A DNA stretch of 64,000 bases from a virus: the UHGV virus genome UHGV-1358930; one strand, 5' to 3'. The position numbers and the translations under genes are program-made. Position 1 is the stretch's first letter; each line of letters opens with the position of its first letter. The notes beneath the pieces are model-generated. The model was not told where the DNA came from. It did not search any database and worked only from the letters and a program-made list of their open reading frames with translations. Below are positions 1 to 10,169 of this stretch, piece by piece.

Positions 1-709
1 AAATTCACCTGATGATATAATTGATTTCAAATATCCTCAGATATATCAATCGAAATTTGGAAAATACACTTATTGGTTCGGTTACAAGTTCAATGACACA
101 GTTTCCTCTAAAGACAGATCTAAGTTCTTGCACGCTATCAAAGGATTATCCGAAGATCAGATATCTGATAATGATATTGTTGACTTTATAGACAGGCCAA
201 TATTTGAGTTAGACAACTATATAAATACGTACAGCATATCTGCAGTTATTTACCCAGTATCTGGAAGAAGCAAGTTAGTTTCTAAAATAATAAGTGAAGT
301 AGGGAGATTCACTTCACATGATACAAAGAGGCTGTCGTTTGAGTTTGTTAAAAATATTCCAAATAAAATTGAATTTGATTGGGAGCAATTTGAATCCGAT
401 ACGTCGAATGATCTCAACAAATACAATCAAATGAAGAAATATGTAACAGAGGAATTGTTACCAGCTATTCATTCCTTAGATTACTTTTCTCTTGCAGAAA
501 ATGTGAAACCTAAATATCGAAAGTATATAAAAAACTATTTGGCATTGTCTGAATCAGATGTAGCTAAACTAGCTTCGTTAAAAGGTGAAACTGTTCTTAT
601 TATAGACGATATAAATACATCAGGTGCTACACTAGATGAGCTTGTCCGAAACATCAGACTACTAAATAACACGTGCAAGATTTTTATTTATACGCTTATC
701 GGTAAATAG
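1..709 (+). CDS. Phosphoribosyltransferase (type I PRTase) domain protein, 5' end truncated by window edge
   Basis: Reading frame is open from nt 2 to the stop at 709. The C-terminal motif VLIIDDINTSGATL is the classic PRPP-binding loop of type I PRTases. Confidence 0.55.
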   Translation, partial: NSPDDIIDFKYPQIYQSKFGKYTYWFGYKFNDTVSSKDRSKFLHAIKGLSEDQISDNDIVDFIDRPIFELDNYINTYSISAVIYPVSGRSKLVSKIISEVGRFTSHDTKRLSFEFVKNIPNKIEFDWEQFESDTSNDLNKYNQMKKYVTEELLPAIHSLDYFSLAENVKPKYRKYIKNYLALSESDVAKLASLKGETVLIIDDINTSGATLDELVRNIRLLNNTCKIFIYTLIGK

Positions 710-904
710 CGAACCAATCGTTAATTTATATAGTAACTTGACGAAGAGTATACTCAATATCGTGCACATGGAGTAAAAAAAATAACATTGACACATGCCG
801 ATGATCACATAGATAGAATACCGCTTGTGTTTTGTAAGAAACCTTGACACCCACAAGCCCAGCAGAAATGCTGAAATAAACAAAAATAAAAGGAGTTAAT
901 AATT

Positions 905-1654
905 ATGAGTAAATTACGAAAGATCATTGTTTCAGAAATTGAGGACTACAGAGTTCTCTTGCGCAATGCGCCAGCTGTTACAATGATCTTTTTCTGTGTG
1001 TCTGTTATCTTAATGAACCTATTTGCGTCTAAAGAGCTACTAAATATTGAATATTTAGGGCTAGATTGCGGATTTTTGCTATCATGGCTCAGTTTTCTTT
1101 GCATGGATATGCTGACAAAGCGATTTGGTGCAAAACCCGCGATCAAACTTTCATTGTTTGCTGTTTTCCTCAACTTGCTTACATGTATATTCTTCTTTAT
1201 AGTTGCACACATCGGAAACAACTGGGCAGCTTTCTATACATACGAAAATGACATTGCTAACTCCGCTATAAATGAAACAATCGGAGGTACCTGGTATGTG
1301 TTAGTGGGATCAATGACTGCTTTCGTTGTTTCGTCAATTGTAAACGCACTGCTAAATGAAGGAATTGGTAAATTAGTTAAGAGGAAAAATTTTGTCGAAT
1401 ACGCTCTTAGGTCATATGCTTCTACAATGATTGGTCAGTTTGTAGACAATCTTGTTTTTGCAAGCTTAGTATCTAAGATTTTCTTTGGGTGGACATGGAA
1501 GCAGGTAGTATTTTGCTCACTCGCTGGAGCTATCGCAGAACTTCTATCCGAAGTAATTTTCAGCCCGATCGGATTTAAAGTTTGCAAGAAATGGGAGAAG
1601 CACAATGTAGGCGCGGATTATATCAAGTACACGCTTAGCAAAGAAAGGAGATAA
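905..1654 (+). CDS. Integral membrane protein, candidate YhhQ/DUF165-type queuosine-precursor (preQ0/preQ1) transporter
   Basis: Start follows the RBS AAAGGAG. The protein is 249 aa with multiple hydrophobic helices. It sits directly upstream of queF in the que cluster. Family assignment is from memory of YhhQ-like proteins and was not computed. Confidence 0.45.
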   Translation: MSKLRKIIVSEIEDYRVLLRNAPAVTMIFFCVSVILMNLFASKELLNIEYLGLDCGFLLSWLSFLCMDMLTKRFGAKPAIKLSLFAVFLNLLTCIFFFIVAHIGNNWAAFYTYENDIANSAINETIGGTWYVLVGSMTAFVVSSIVNALLNEGIGKLVKRKNFVEYALRSYASTMIGQFVDNLVFASLVSKIFFGWTWKQVVFCSLAGAIAELLSEVIFSPIGFKVCKKWEKHNVGADYIKYTLSKERR

Positions 1655-1660
1655 TTAAAC

Positions 1661-2341
1661 ATGTCAAATAACAAAGGAGTAGTAGTTGTAACTGGATCTT
1701 CTGGAGGTATTGGAGAGGCCATATGTAAAAAATTTCTATCCGAGGGGTTTGAAGTTCACGGAATTGATGTAGTAACTCCTTCGACAGAACTTCTACATGA
1801 TTTAAACTTCTATTCACACATAAACGATATTAGAAATTCTAATGATCTGCCAGACATTGACAAAGTGGAGTACTTGATCAATTGTGCAGGTACTCAAAAT
1901 TCATACGATGATATCGGAAATAATCTTATCGGTCTAATGAATACTACAGAGAAATATGGACTTCAATATTGGATTAAATCAATTGTAAACATGGCATCTG
2001 TATCCGCGCACAACGGATGTGAATTTCCTAAATACGTCGCGTCTAAAGGTGGTGTGCTCGCTTATACTATATGGACAGCCAAAGAAATTGCTACATACGA
2101 GAATCACCCAACATGTAACAGCCTATCATTTGGCGGAGTACTGACAGCACTTAATTCGGAAGTTATCTGTGACAAAGAAAAGTTCAACAAGATTATGGAC
2201 ATGACTCCGTTAAGGAAGTGGGCTACAGCTGAAGAGTGTGCAGAATGGACATACTTCATCTCAGTTGTAAATAAATCAATGTCAGGACAAGATATCATTA
2301 TCGATAACATGGAAACTAGAAACAATCAGTTTGTTTGGTAA
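1661..2341 (+). CDS. Short-chain dehydrogenase/reductase (SDR) family oxidoreductase
   Basis: N-terminal Rossmann motif TGSSGGIGEAI. Catalytic Ser (MASVSA) and YxxxK (YVASK) are present. Confidence 0.7.
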   Translation: MSNNKGVVVVTGSSGGIGEAICKKFLSEGFEVHGIDVVTPSTELLHDLNFYSHINDIRNSNDLPDIDKVEYLINCAGTQNSYDDIGNNLIGLMNTTEKYGLQYWIKSIVNMASVSAHNGCEFPKYVASKGGVLAYTIWTAKEIATYENHPTCNSLSFGGVLTALNSEVICDKEKFNKIMDMTPLRKWATAEECAEWTYFISVVNKSMSGQDIIIDNMETRNNQFVW

Positions 2342-2413
2342 AGTATTCAAAGAGAGTTTTGTATTCCTTTGAAACCCTCTCTGAAAATAAAAATAATAAG
2401 GAGAAGTAAAAAA

Positions 2414-3925
2414 ATGCTAAAATCAAACAATGGAAGAACATCCGAAGACTTATCAGGAGTAACTCTACTTGGTAATAACAACACTGAGTACAACTACGAC
2501 TATACTCCAGAAGTTCTAGAAACATTTGTAAACAAGCATCCTGACAACGATTATGTTGTCACATTTGATGCTTATGAATTTACAAGCAAGTGTGTCACCG
2601 GAGACACTATGATAGATGTTGCATGTAATGAAACTGACAATCCGGATGGAATTCCAATCAAAGATTTGGTAGGTACAGAAGGATATGTGTTTTGTGTAGA
2701 TCCCACTACATTACAACCATTATGTAGGAAGTATCGAGATGTACGAAAGACTGGAGAAAGTGTACCTGTAGTTAAAGTACTCATGCAAAGTTTGAGAACA
2801 GATGGAAAGGGTAACACATACTATGAATCTTCTGAAATCAAGTGTACACCTGATCATATGATATTGGTGAAAAAAGGATTCCATGATAGCGAATGGGTGT
2901 GTGCAAAAGATCTCAAACCTGGCATGAGGTTGATTGCAAATCAAAGAAGTGGAGATGTAATACGATCTAAACTTCGACACAGACTTATTGGGGAAGCAAT
3001 TTTTGATGAAGATATTATGAATATTCATCATATAGACGGTAATCATTACAATAATGACCCATCTAATCTATCTAATTTATCTTCTCATGATCATCACCAT
3101 CTTCATAGATCTCAAGAATATGGATACGATAATTTAGATGTATCATACTTAGTTGATCTGTATAACTCCGGAGAAAACTTCAACTCCATAGCAAAGATGT
3201 TCAACTGTGATGTATCTACCATTGAATCTAGAATAGGTAATATAGTTGGAAGACGGACACAATCAGAGTCATTATCACTACGAAATAACTTGTTGAATAA
3301 AGAGCGGGATAGCGAAATCTGTGAATTGTACAACAAAGGATACTTGCTATCTGAAATTGCAGATTACTTAAATATCCACAGTACAACAGTGTTAGGAGCA
3401 CTAGAAAGACACGGCATCCCTCGCAGAGAATCGAACTTCTCTAGGTACAATCGAAAGAAATTGAACCTCCCACCATTGAATCATAAAGTACTAGCTGTAC
3501 TAGATGGTGGATATGAAGATGTGTACAACATGGAAGTAGAAGGAGTTGAAAACTATTTTGCCAATGAAGTGATAGTCCATAACTGCCCAAAAACGGGGCA
3601 GCCAGATTTTGCAAAAGTTGTAATTAGTTACATTCCTAATGAGAGAATGGTTGAAAGCAAGTCCCTAAAGCTTTACCTCTTTTCTTTCCGCAATCATGGA
3701 GATTTCCACGAAGACTGCATGAACATCATCATGAAGGATCTAATTCATCTTATGGATCCGAAGTACATTGAAGTAAAAGGTATTTTTTCTCCAAGAGGAG
3801 GTATCTCCATCTTTCCCTTTGTTAACTACGCGAATCCGAAATTTAATTATCAGGATTTTGCAAAGTCTCGAATGCTGGAGGCGCTTAGAGATTCGAGCAA
3901 TAGAACAGTAAGATACGATATGTGA
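2414..3925 (+). CDS. queF: NADPH-dependent 7-cyano-7-deazaguanine (preQ0) reductase QueF, interrupted by an intein (precursor ORF)
   Basis: Exteins match B. subtilis QueF: GVTLLGN...PEVLETF...EFTS|[70 protein letters not shown] precedes the ATG at 2414. The ORF finder started 45 nt further upstream. Confidence 0.85.
   Translation: MLKSNNGRTSEDLSGVTLLGNNNTEYNYDYTPEVLETFVNKHPDNDYVVTFDAYEFTSKCVTGDTMIDVACNETDNPDGIPIKDLVGTEGYVFCVDPTTLQPLCRKYRDVRKTGESVPVVKVLMQSLRTDGKGNTYYESSEIKCTPDHMILVKKGFHDSEWVCAKDLKPGMRLIANQRSGDVIRSKLRHRLIGEAIFDEDIMNIHHIDGNHYNNDPSNLSNLSSHDHHHLHRSQEYGYDNLDVSYLVDLYNSGENFNSIAKMFNCDVSTIESRIGNIVGRRTQSESLSLRNNLLNKERDSEICELYNKGYLLSEIADYLNIHSTTVLGALERHGIPRRESNFSRYNRKKLNLPPLNHKVLAVLDGGYEDVYNMEVEGVENYFANEVIVHNCPKTGQPDFAKVVISYIPNERMVESKSLKLYLFSFRNHGDFHEDCMNIIMKDLIHLMDPKYIEVKGIFSPRGGISIFPFVNYANPKFNYQDFAKSRMLEALRDSSNRTVRYDM
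2591..3583 (+). mobile_element. Intein (331 aa) with HNH homing-endonuclease and HTH modules inserted in QueF
   Basis: Begins [10 protein letters not shown] and ends VIVHN, followed by the +1 residue C of CPKTGQ. An internal HNH motif [11 protein letters not shown]...HDHHHLH is present, plus two sigma-region-4-like HTH repeats. Confidence 0.8.
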
Positions 3926-4023
3926 AACAACGGGAAGATATAAATATAGTAAAGTCTGTAGATACGTACAGCAAAAAAAAGCAGCAAACTCTAGAATAGA
4001 TTACAATTACTTAGAAAGGTTAG

Positions 4024-4767
4024 ATGAAAATGGAAAACAAAAGAAATTCAAACAAAAAAGCGTTGGTGCTCTCGTCAGGTGGAGTAGACTCCACTACTTG
4101 CGTAGGTATTGCTGTAAATGAATTAGGTTCTGAAAATGTTAGCACTGTATCGGTGTTTTATGGACAGAAACACAATAAAGAACTTGAATGCGCTGAAAAA
4201 GTAGCTGAATTTTATAATGTAAAGCACTATGTTCTTGACTTGTCTAATGTCCTTCAGTACAGCAACTGTTCTCTAATGAAGAACAGCACAGAAGAAATCC
4301 CTATGATGAGCTACGCAGAGCAGATTGAAAAGAATGGTAAACCATCAACAGAAGTTCCATTGAGAAATGGACTCATGCTCATGGCAGTTGGCTCATTAGC
4401 TATGCAACTTTATCCAGAAGCTGATGTCGATATTTACATTGGAGCACATGCCGATGATGCTGCAGGTAATGCTTATCCAGATTGCTCTGCAGAATTCATT
4501 CAAAACGTAAAAGAAGCAATATTGATTGGATCTAGATATAAAGTTAACTTAGTTTCTCCATTTGTGAATCATAACAAATCAGAAGTTGTTAAATTAGGGT
4601 TATCTATAGGTGCTCCGTATGAATTAACAACTTCCTGTTACAATGGCAGAGAGAAAGCTTGTGGATTGTGTGGAACCTGCAGAGATCGTATAGCTGCATT
4701 CAAAGCAAACAATGCAATTGACCCAATTGAATATGAAATTGACGACCCATTCAAAGAAATGCGATGA
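4024..4767 (+). CDS. queC: 7-cyano-7-deazaguanine synthase QueC
   Basis: PP-loop motif [14 protein letters not shown]-terminal zinc motif CGLCGTC. Confidence 0.85.
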   Translation: MKMENKRNSNKKALVLSSGGVDSTTCVGIAVNELGSENVSTVSVFYGQKHNKELECAEKVAEFYNVKHYVLDLSNVLQYSNCSLMKNSTEEIPMMSYAEQIEKNGKPSTEVPLRNGLMLMAVGSLAMQLYPEADVDIYIGAHADDAAGNAYPDCSAEFIQNVKEAILIGSRYKVNLVSPFVNHNKSEVVKLGLSIGAPYELTTSCYNGREKACGLCGTCRDRIAAFKANNAIDPIEYEIDDPFKEMR

Positions 4768-4774
4768 TGTTCAA

Positions 4775-5371
4775 ATGGAAATATGGCGACCTGCTAAAGG
4801 ATATGAAGATAAATATGAGGTGAGCAATTTAGGACGAGTAAGAAATTCAAAGCATTATATCATGAAACCACATCTACAAGATGATGGATATCTTTGGATA
4901 TACCTTGCGTCTAAAACTAGTCCTAACAACACATCAATTCATAGGCTAGTTGCTAAAACGTTTATTCCGAATCCAGAAGGCAAACCGCAAGTAAATCACA
5001 TAGACGGGAACAAAACAAATAATCGAGTTGAGAATCTAGAATGGGTTACAGGATCTGAAAATGTTAAACATGCTTATGCCAATAATCTAATTGCAGACAA
5101 ATCTCCTGAAGGCATCAGAAATATTGTAGCAGCAGCTAGAAAATCATTGAAGAAATATTGCAACATCCCGATAATATGTGAAACTACAGGGCAAGAGTTT
5201 GAATCTATTCATCATGCTGCACTACATTATGATGTAGACGATACCACTATTCAAAACATCGTAAGAAATGTAACAAAAAGATCCAGAAAACTACCTGGAT
5301 TGAAATTTAGATTCAAATATCCAGAGATTACTTGTAGATCACCTCATAGAAAGAAACATTTAATTAAATAG
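4775..5371 (+). CDS. Free-standing HNH homing endonuclease (NUMOD4/HNH_3 type)
   Basis: NLGRVRN...[35 protein letters not shown]. Wedged between queC and queD. The ATG at 4775 is the likely start; the ORF finder began at 4712 inside queC. Confidence 0.75.
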   Translation: MEIWRPAKGYEDKYEVSNLGRVRNSKHYIMKPHLQDDGYLWIYLASKTSPNNTSIHRLVAKTFIPNPEGKPQVNHIDGNKTNNRVENLEWVTGSENVKHAYANNLIADKSPEGIRNIVAAARKSLKKYCNIPIICETTGQEFESIHHAALHYDVDDTTIQNIVRNVTKRSRKLPGLKFRFKYPEITCRSPHRKKHLIK

Positions 5372-5381
5372 CTTTGGAGGA

Positions 5382-5825
5382 ATGAGAATGTATACAGTAA
5401 AAACAAAAGTATCTTTTGAAGCTGCGCATCGTCTATACAATGTAGACACATACTCAAAAGAATGCAGAGATAATCTCCATGGGCACTCATACAAAGTAGA
5501 AATTGTCGTAGGCGCAGATAACTTGAACTCTGCTGGAATGGTTATTGATTTCAAGCTGCTAAAAACAGTTATTCGAGAAGAGATTGAATCTAAATATGAT
5601 CATTCTTGTATATTGAGAAAATGCGATCCAATTGCAAATACTATCAAGGAAAACTGTAAGAAAGTTATCCTTGTTGACGAAAGTCCTACTGCAGAATGGA
5701 TGGCAAAAGAATTCTATGACATGATTGAATCTAAAGTTCATACGTATTCTTCTGATTTACATGTTGTTTCAATTGGAGTACAAGAAACAGAAAATAACAT
5801 TGCGTATTATCTTCCGGAGGAATAA
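5382..5825 (+). CDS. queD: 6-carboxy-5,6,7,8-tetrahydropterin synthase QueD
   Basis: PTPS-family motif ECRDNLHGHSYKVEIVV. Good RBS GGAGGAATGAGA. Confidence 0.85.
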   Translation: MRMYTVKTKVSFEAAHRLYNVDTYSKECRDNLHGHSYKVEIVVGADNLNSAGMVIDFKLLKTVIREEIESKYDHSCILRKCDPIANTIKENCKKVILVDESPTAEWMAKEFYDMIESKVHTYSSDLHVVSIGVQETENNIAYYLPEE

Positions 5826-5827
5826 AC

Positions 5828-6469
5828 ATGAAAGTTATCGAATTATTTAATAGTATTGATGGAGAGGGCAAACGAGCTGGTATGCTCGCTACGTTTATAC
5901 GTCTGTCTACGTGCAATCTTAGATGCAGTTACTGCGATTCCGCTTACGCTTTCGATGATAAGCTTGCTGAAGAGATGTCAATTCAAAGTATTGTAGCAAA
6001 CTGCGACAAATATGATTGTCCGCAAATTACGCTAACTGGTGGAGAGCCTTTGATTTCCAGAGACGTAGAGCTACTTTTATCCGAACTTGATTCTCATGGA
6101 TATGACGTCAATGTGGAAACAAATGGGTCTATTGATCCATCCGCATATCATAAATACAAAAATGTTTGGTTCACAATTGACTGGAAATGCCCTTCTAGCG
6201 GTATGGAGTCAAAAATGAATCCGAAAGCATTTGAAACACTTCGTGAGCAGGATGTACTAAAATTCGTAGTAGGGTCAAATGAGGACTTACAAGATGCGTT
6301 ACACGTCATCAAGAAGTACAACCCAAAATGCTCAATCTATTTCAGTCCGGTATTTGGATATGATGCAAAAAATATCGTAGAATTCATGAAAGATCACAAA
6401 CTGAATGATTGCAAAGTTCAGCTTCAAATTCATAAGTATATCTATGACCCGAATGCTAGAGGAGTATGA
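5828..6469 (+). CDS. queE: 7-carboxy-7-deazaguanine synthase QueE (radical SAM)
   Basis: Radical-SAM cluster motif [10 protein letters not shown]. The N-terminus resembles QueE. Confidence 0.85.
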   Translation: MKVIELFNSIDGEGKRAGMLATFIRLSTCNLRCSYCDSAYAFDDKLAEEMSIQSIVANCDKYDCPQITLTGGEPLISRDVELLLSELDSHGYDVNVETNGSIDPSAYHKYKNVWFTIDWKCPSSGMESKMNPKAFETLREQDVLKFVVGSNEDLQDALHVIKKYNPKCSIYFSPVFGYDAKNIVEFMKDHKLNDCKVQLQIHKYIYDPNARGV

Positions 6470-7062
6470 TCAAAGAAGGTGTTGATATGAAAAATATTGA
6501 TAAAAACAAAATTGAAAAGCTGACAAGAGAGCTCTTAGTAGCTTTAGGCGATGATCCTGACAGAGAAGGGTTGAAGAAGACTCCAAGTCGAGTTGCAAGA
6601 ATGTGTGATGAATTATTTGAAGGTATGACACATTCGAATCACGAGATAGCTGAAATGTTCAATACATGTTTTGAAGATGTAAAAACTGGAGATCTTGTAG
6701 TGGAGAGCAATATTCCGATTCACTCCTGCTGCGAACATCATCTCATGCTGATGTATGATATGTCAGTAGCTATTGGATACATTCCAAATGGTAAAGTTAT
6801 CGGATTATCTAAGCTTGCTAGAATTTCTGACATGGTTGGAAAGCGACTTCAGTTGCAAGAACGAATCGGTTCAGATATCGCAGATATTCTCCACGAAATT
6901 CTCAATACCAATGACATCATTGTTGTCATTCAAGGAAAGCACGGATGCATGACAGCACGCGGCATTAAATCAAGAGAAGCAATAACTCGAACAGCTACAC
7001 TTAGAGGAAGATTTGAGTCAGATTCAGATCTACGATCCGAATTCTATTCTCTCATCAAATAA
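6466..7062 (+). CDS. folE: GTP cyclohydrolase I FolE
   Basis: Motifs HSCCEHHLM and downstream [10 protein letters not shown]. The start may be the second ATG at 6487. Confidence 0.85.
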   Translation: MIKEGVDMKNIDKNKIEKLTRELLVALGDDPDREGLKKTPSRVARMCDELFEGMTHSNHEIAEMFNTCFEDVKTGDLVVESNIPIHSCCEHHLMLMYDMSVAIGYIPNGKVIGLSKLARISDMVGKRLQLQERIGSDIADILHEILNTNDIIVVIQGKHGCMTARGIKSREAITRTATLRGRFESDSDLRSEFYSLIK

Positions 7063-7101
7063 CTTACTTCTGGATACAGATAAGTAGATTGAATCGTTAA
7101 T

Positions 7102-7140
7102 GTAGACGTACTAAACTATAGTGCGTCTACAATTTTATAT
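7102..7140 (+). terminator. Rho-independent terminator after folE
   Basis: GTAGACG...CGTCTAC 7-bp stem followed by AATTTTATAT. Confidence 0.55.
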
Positions 7141-7188
7141 ACTTAGTTAAATTTTACGAAAATAATCTAAAGAAATGAGGTCAAATAA

Positions 7189-7800
7189 TTGAAAAAGCTG
7201 ATTAGATCTTCAACAACTGCTGTATATTCAACGCAGATCGCACCAAAAATATTAGAAATTTGGATTGTAGATGATGTTCGGCACTGCAGCGCATCCATAG
7301 CAGCTGCAGACGAAACTGCCGAAACTCGTGAAGGGCTAGAAACAGAGAAAACATCACAAAATAAAAATTCTAGAATAAGACGAATTGAGCCAAGTGCTGA
7401 TATCGAAGAATTTCTAAATAGTATGAAGAAAGCTCCTATTCTATTTATAGAAAGATCTGCAAAAAATTCGGCATTTTTGAAGTTATATAAAACATTATCT
7501 GGAAAATTGTTTGATGTGGCTGTAGCAAAAGAACTTCTGAATCAGCTTACAGTTTCTGATTATGTATATACTACGGAAAGTGATTCAGCTAATTACAAAG
7601 GAGATGAGTTAATTGTATTTGAACCTGTGCATGATCTAGTATCTAGAAAAAATGGAGTTGTATTGAAAAATGTCGTAATCTATATGAAAATAGATAAAAC
7701 AGAGTCAAACGAAGATGAGACAGTTTTAGTATCATTTCATTCCGCTGAATTTGAAGATGACAAACCGTATAGTTCTGCGAACAACAAGGAGGATAGATGA
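7189..7800 (+). CDS. Hypothetical protein (TTG start)
   Basis: 203-aa ORF following RBS AAATGAGG. No recognisable motifs. Confidence 0.5.
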   Translation: MKKLIRSSTTAVYSTQIAPKILEIWIVDDVRHCSASIAAADETAETREGLETEKTSQNKNSRIRRIEPSADIEEFLNSMKKAPILFIERSAKNSAFLKLYKTLSGKLFDVAVAKELLNQLTVSDYVYTTESDSANYKGDELIVFEPVHDLVSRKNGVVLKNVVIYMKIDKTESNEDETVLVSFHSAEFEDDKPYSSANNKEDR

Positions 7801-8276
7801 GGTACATGAAAATTTTTGCATTTGCGGATAAGAAAGATAGCATCAAAGACAAATTGAAAGAGAAATCAGATGATTTAGTATATCACCTCGTGAAAGTATT
7901 TTTGTTCCCTAACTGCGAAGTGAAACCTCACTGGTGTCAAGAAATCTACGGATTTATTCACAGCGTACCTAAAACTAAAAACAAGAATAAGTTCCCAGAC
8001 AAGACTTTCATCTTCAATAACACTTACGAAATCTGGGGAGATACAATTGAATCCTGTATCATAACTGCTATAAAGGATTATCCTAGTATAGTGCCATTAT
8101 TTGATCAGCACACCGGGTTAGCTATCTGCGAAACTGCAGTTAGAGAGTATTTTGAATGGTTATCTGAGGAGCTATCTAGTATCGGAAGAGTCGCATCTTC
8201 AGATGTATACAAGAAGATTGATGAGCTAATCGAAGAAGTAGTTCAAAAATTGAATAACACAACATATGCACTATAA
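7797..8276 (+). CDS. Hypothetical protein
   Basis: 159-aa ORF overlapping the upstream stop by 4 nt (translational coupling). Confidence 0.5.
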   Translation: MRYMKIFAFADKKDSIKDKLKEKSDDLVYHLVKVFLFPNCEVKPHWCQEIYGFIHSVPKTKNKNKFPDKTFIFNNTYEIWGDTIESCIITAIKDYPSIVPLFDQHTGLAICETAVREYFEWLSEELSSIGRVASSDVYKKIDELIEEVVQKLNNTTYAL

Positions 8277-8326
8277 GGAAAAGAAATCTGAACTGAATCA
8301 TCAAAACGATAGGAATAAAGGAGAAT

Positions 8327-8803
8327 TTGCTTATGTATGTTAGGAAAATTATGACAGACACAACAAAGCATGCAATGGAGACATTGATGCGAAACATTGG
8401 AGGACCGTTTGGAGCTGCAATTGTTAAAAACGGAGAAGTAATCTGTGTAGAATCAAATTCGGTGTTAAGGGATAAAGACCCAACAGCACATGCGGAAATG
8501 AATGCTATTCGATCTGCATGCAGAAAGTTGAAGACTTACGATCTAAGTGACTGCGAATTGTATGCAACTGGCAGCCCTTGTCCTATGTGCTTAAGTGCAA
8601 TAATCTGGGCAAATATCAAGACAGTATACTATTCTGGTACGTACGAAGATTGCAAGAAGATTGGATTTAGAGATGACTTCATTTTCAATTTCATCAAGAA
8701 TGATTGCAAGAACGATGATATTGTTAAACTAGAATTGCATGACAATGATCTGGCAAATACATTGTACAACGCATATGAAACATTCTCAGGAGAATTATAC
8801 TAA
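8327..8803 (+). CDS. CDA-fold zinc deaminase (TadA/GuaD/dCMP-deaminase-like)
   Basis: HAEMNAI ... GSPCPMCLSAI = H(A)E ... PCxxC zinc-deaminase signature. Size is 158 aa. Confidence 0.65.
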   Translation: MLMYVRKIMTDTTKHAMETLMRNIGGPFGAAIVKNGEVICVESNSVLRDKDPTAHAEMNAIRSACRKLKTYDLSDCELYATGSPCPMCLSAIIWANIKTVYYSGTYEDCKKIGFRDDFIFNFIKNDCKNDDIVKLELHDNDLANTLYNAYETFSGELY

Positions 8804-8805
8804 CA

Positions 8806-9203
8806 TGTACAGCATGCAAACTTCAGAATTTAATCTAACTGAACACTTGAAACGATACGTCAATTACACAGAGGTTATAATCTTTCCAGACGGACACATT
8901 GAATATGCGATTCCTTCGCACCAAGAGAAACTTATTTCTATATTGTGTAGTATGGAGCACAAATCGCGACAACAAGTTATAGACGAAACACCCCCAGAAT
9001 ATTATTTTGATTGGCTGAACTATTTACTCAATAAAACAGGATGTATTTCGGTTTGGTTTGATTTCATCATCACTACAAATCGCATGACAGATGCGCAAAA
9101 CGACACAATTATCAACTTGATACAATCTGGAGCAGTGCGATTAGACAAGAATAAGAATGAACCTAATATTTATTTGAAATATAGCAAATATGCAAGAAAG
9201 TGA
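8806..9203 (+). CDS. Hypothetical protein
   Basis: ORF with RBS AGGAGAATTATACTAAC before the ATG at 8806. The longer ORF-finder version overlaps the preceding gene. Confidence 0.5.
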
Positions 9204-9586
9204 TTCTTATGAAAAAACGAGTAATAGAAATTCCTGAAATATCAAATTTCGCATTTGTGCTCAATTCCTCCGAGATATTGTCTTCTATATCCACTCGAGA
9301 TCTTCTCAAAAATATTGTAAGGTGTAGATCATCTAACATATGGGGATATGGTATAAATGTCAAGGATAAAAAAGACAGAGTCGGAAACATGATCATTCAA
9401 TTCAAAAACAAATACGGCGGACCTGACGATGTATACATGTATTACGATGTACCTATTGAGGTGTATAGAAGGATGATAACCGCACCAAGTAAGGGTCACT
9501 ATATGTGGTACAATATCCGTAACAGATACAAGTATTCAAAGTTAACTGGAAATAAGCGTGGAGTTTTACCTAATGCAGTGAATTGA
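9200..9586 (+). CDS. KTSC-domain protein
   Basis: C-terminal YYDVPIEVYRRMITAPSKGHYMWYNIRNRYKY matches the KTSC (lysyl-tRNA synthetase C-terminal-like) domain pattern. Confidence 0.45.
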   Translation: MILMKKRVIEIPEISNFAFVLNSSEILSSISTRDLLKNIVRCRSSNIWGYGINVKDKKDRVGNMIIQFKNKYGGPDDVYMYYDVPIEVYRRMITAPSKGHYMWYNIRNRYKYSKLTGNKRGVLPNAVN

Positions 9587-9657
9587 AGAAAATGGTATCA
9601 CAAGAAAAATCAAAATATCTGTAAGCAAAATAAAATTTCTTAGATGGATGTGTATGT

Positions 9658-9945
9658 ATGAGATATTTGATTGCGTATGTTCCTTATACTAGACGAGAGG
9701 AGAACATTGAGCTTATATTTTGCGATACGGTAAGAGAACTGCTACAAGTGATTGTAGAAAATATCGGATGTGCTCCTGTGGAATATTATGAAGACGGAGT
9801 TTTCTACGATTACGACGGATATGAAGTTGATTTCTCGTTGCAGTCCTGCTTGTCTTACTTGAAGGAGCATTTCGTCGGTGATGGGTCTTACGGTGCTGTT
9901 TTGCTAACTATCGCAAAGGGCAGAACTGTTCTGTTCCAAGGCTGA
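9658..9945 (+). CDS. Hypothetical protein
   Basis: 95-aa ORF followed by a strong terminator. Confidence 0.45.
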   Translation: MRYLIAYVPYTRREENIELIFCDTVRELLQVIVENIGCAPVEYYEDGVFYDYDGYEVDFSLQSCLSYLKEHFVGDGSYGAVLLTIAKGRTVLFQG

Positions 9946-9989
9946 TAGATTCTACAATAAGGCTAAGTCAAAATAAAATAAGGATCGTT

Positions 9990-10044
9990 AAATACATTGC
10001 AAGTAGATCTATTCAAAATAACTTGCAATGTATTTATTATTTTG
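9990..10044 (+). terminator. Rho-independent terminator
   Basis: AAATACATTGCAAGT ... ACTTGCAATGTATTT stem (14-15 bp) followed by ATTATTTTG. Confidence 0.65.
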
Positions 10045-10169
10045 AGGAGATGATATAGGAAATTTGAAACGATAACATAATCAATATAAGAATACACATC
10101 AAAACCGTAACTAACGATCTGCGCCAAGCTCGCAAAGATCGCAGCCTATCAAGAAAGGAACATTTATCA

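Noticed and set aside
741-759. TTGACG ... TATACT as a promoter upstream of the transporter gene
   Set aside because: Only 5 nt separate the two hexamers. A TTGACA at 788 with TAGATA 16 nt downstream is a weak alternative.
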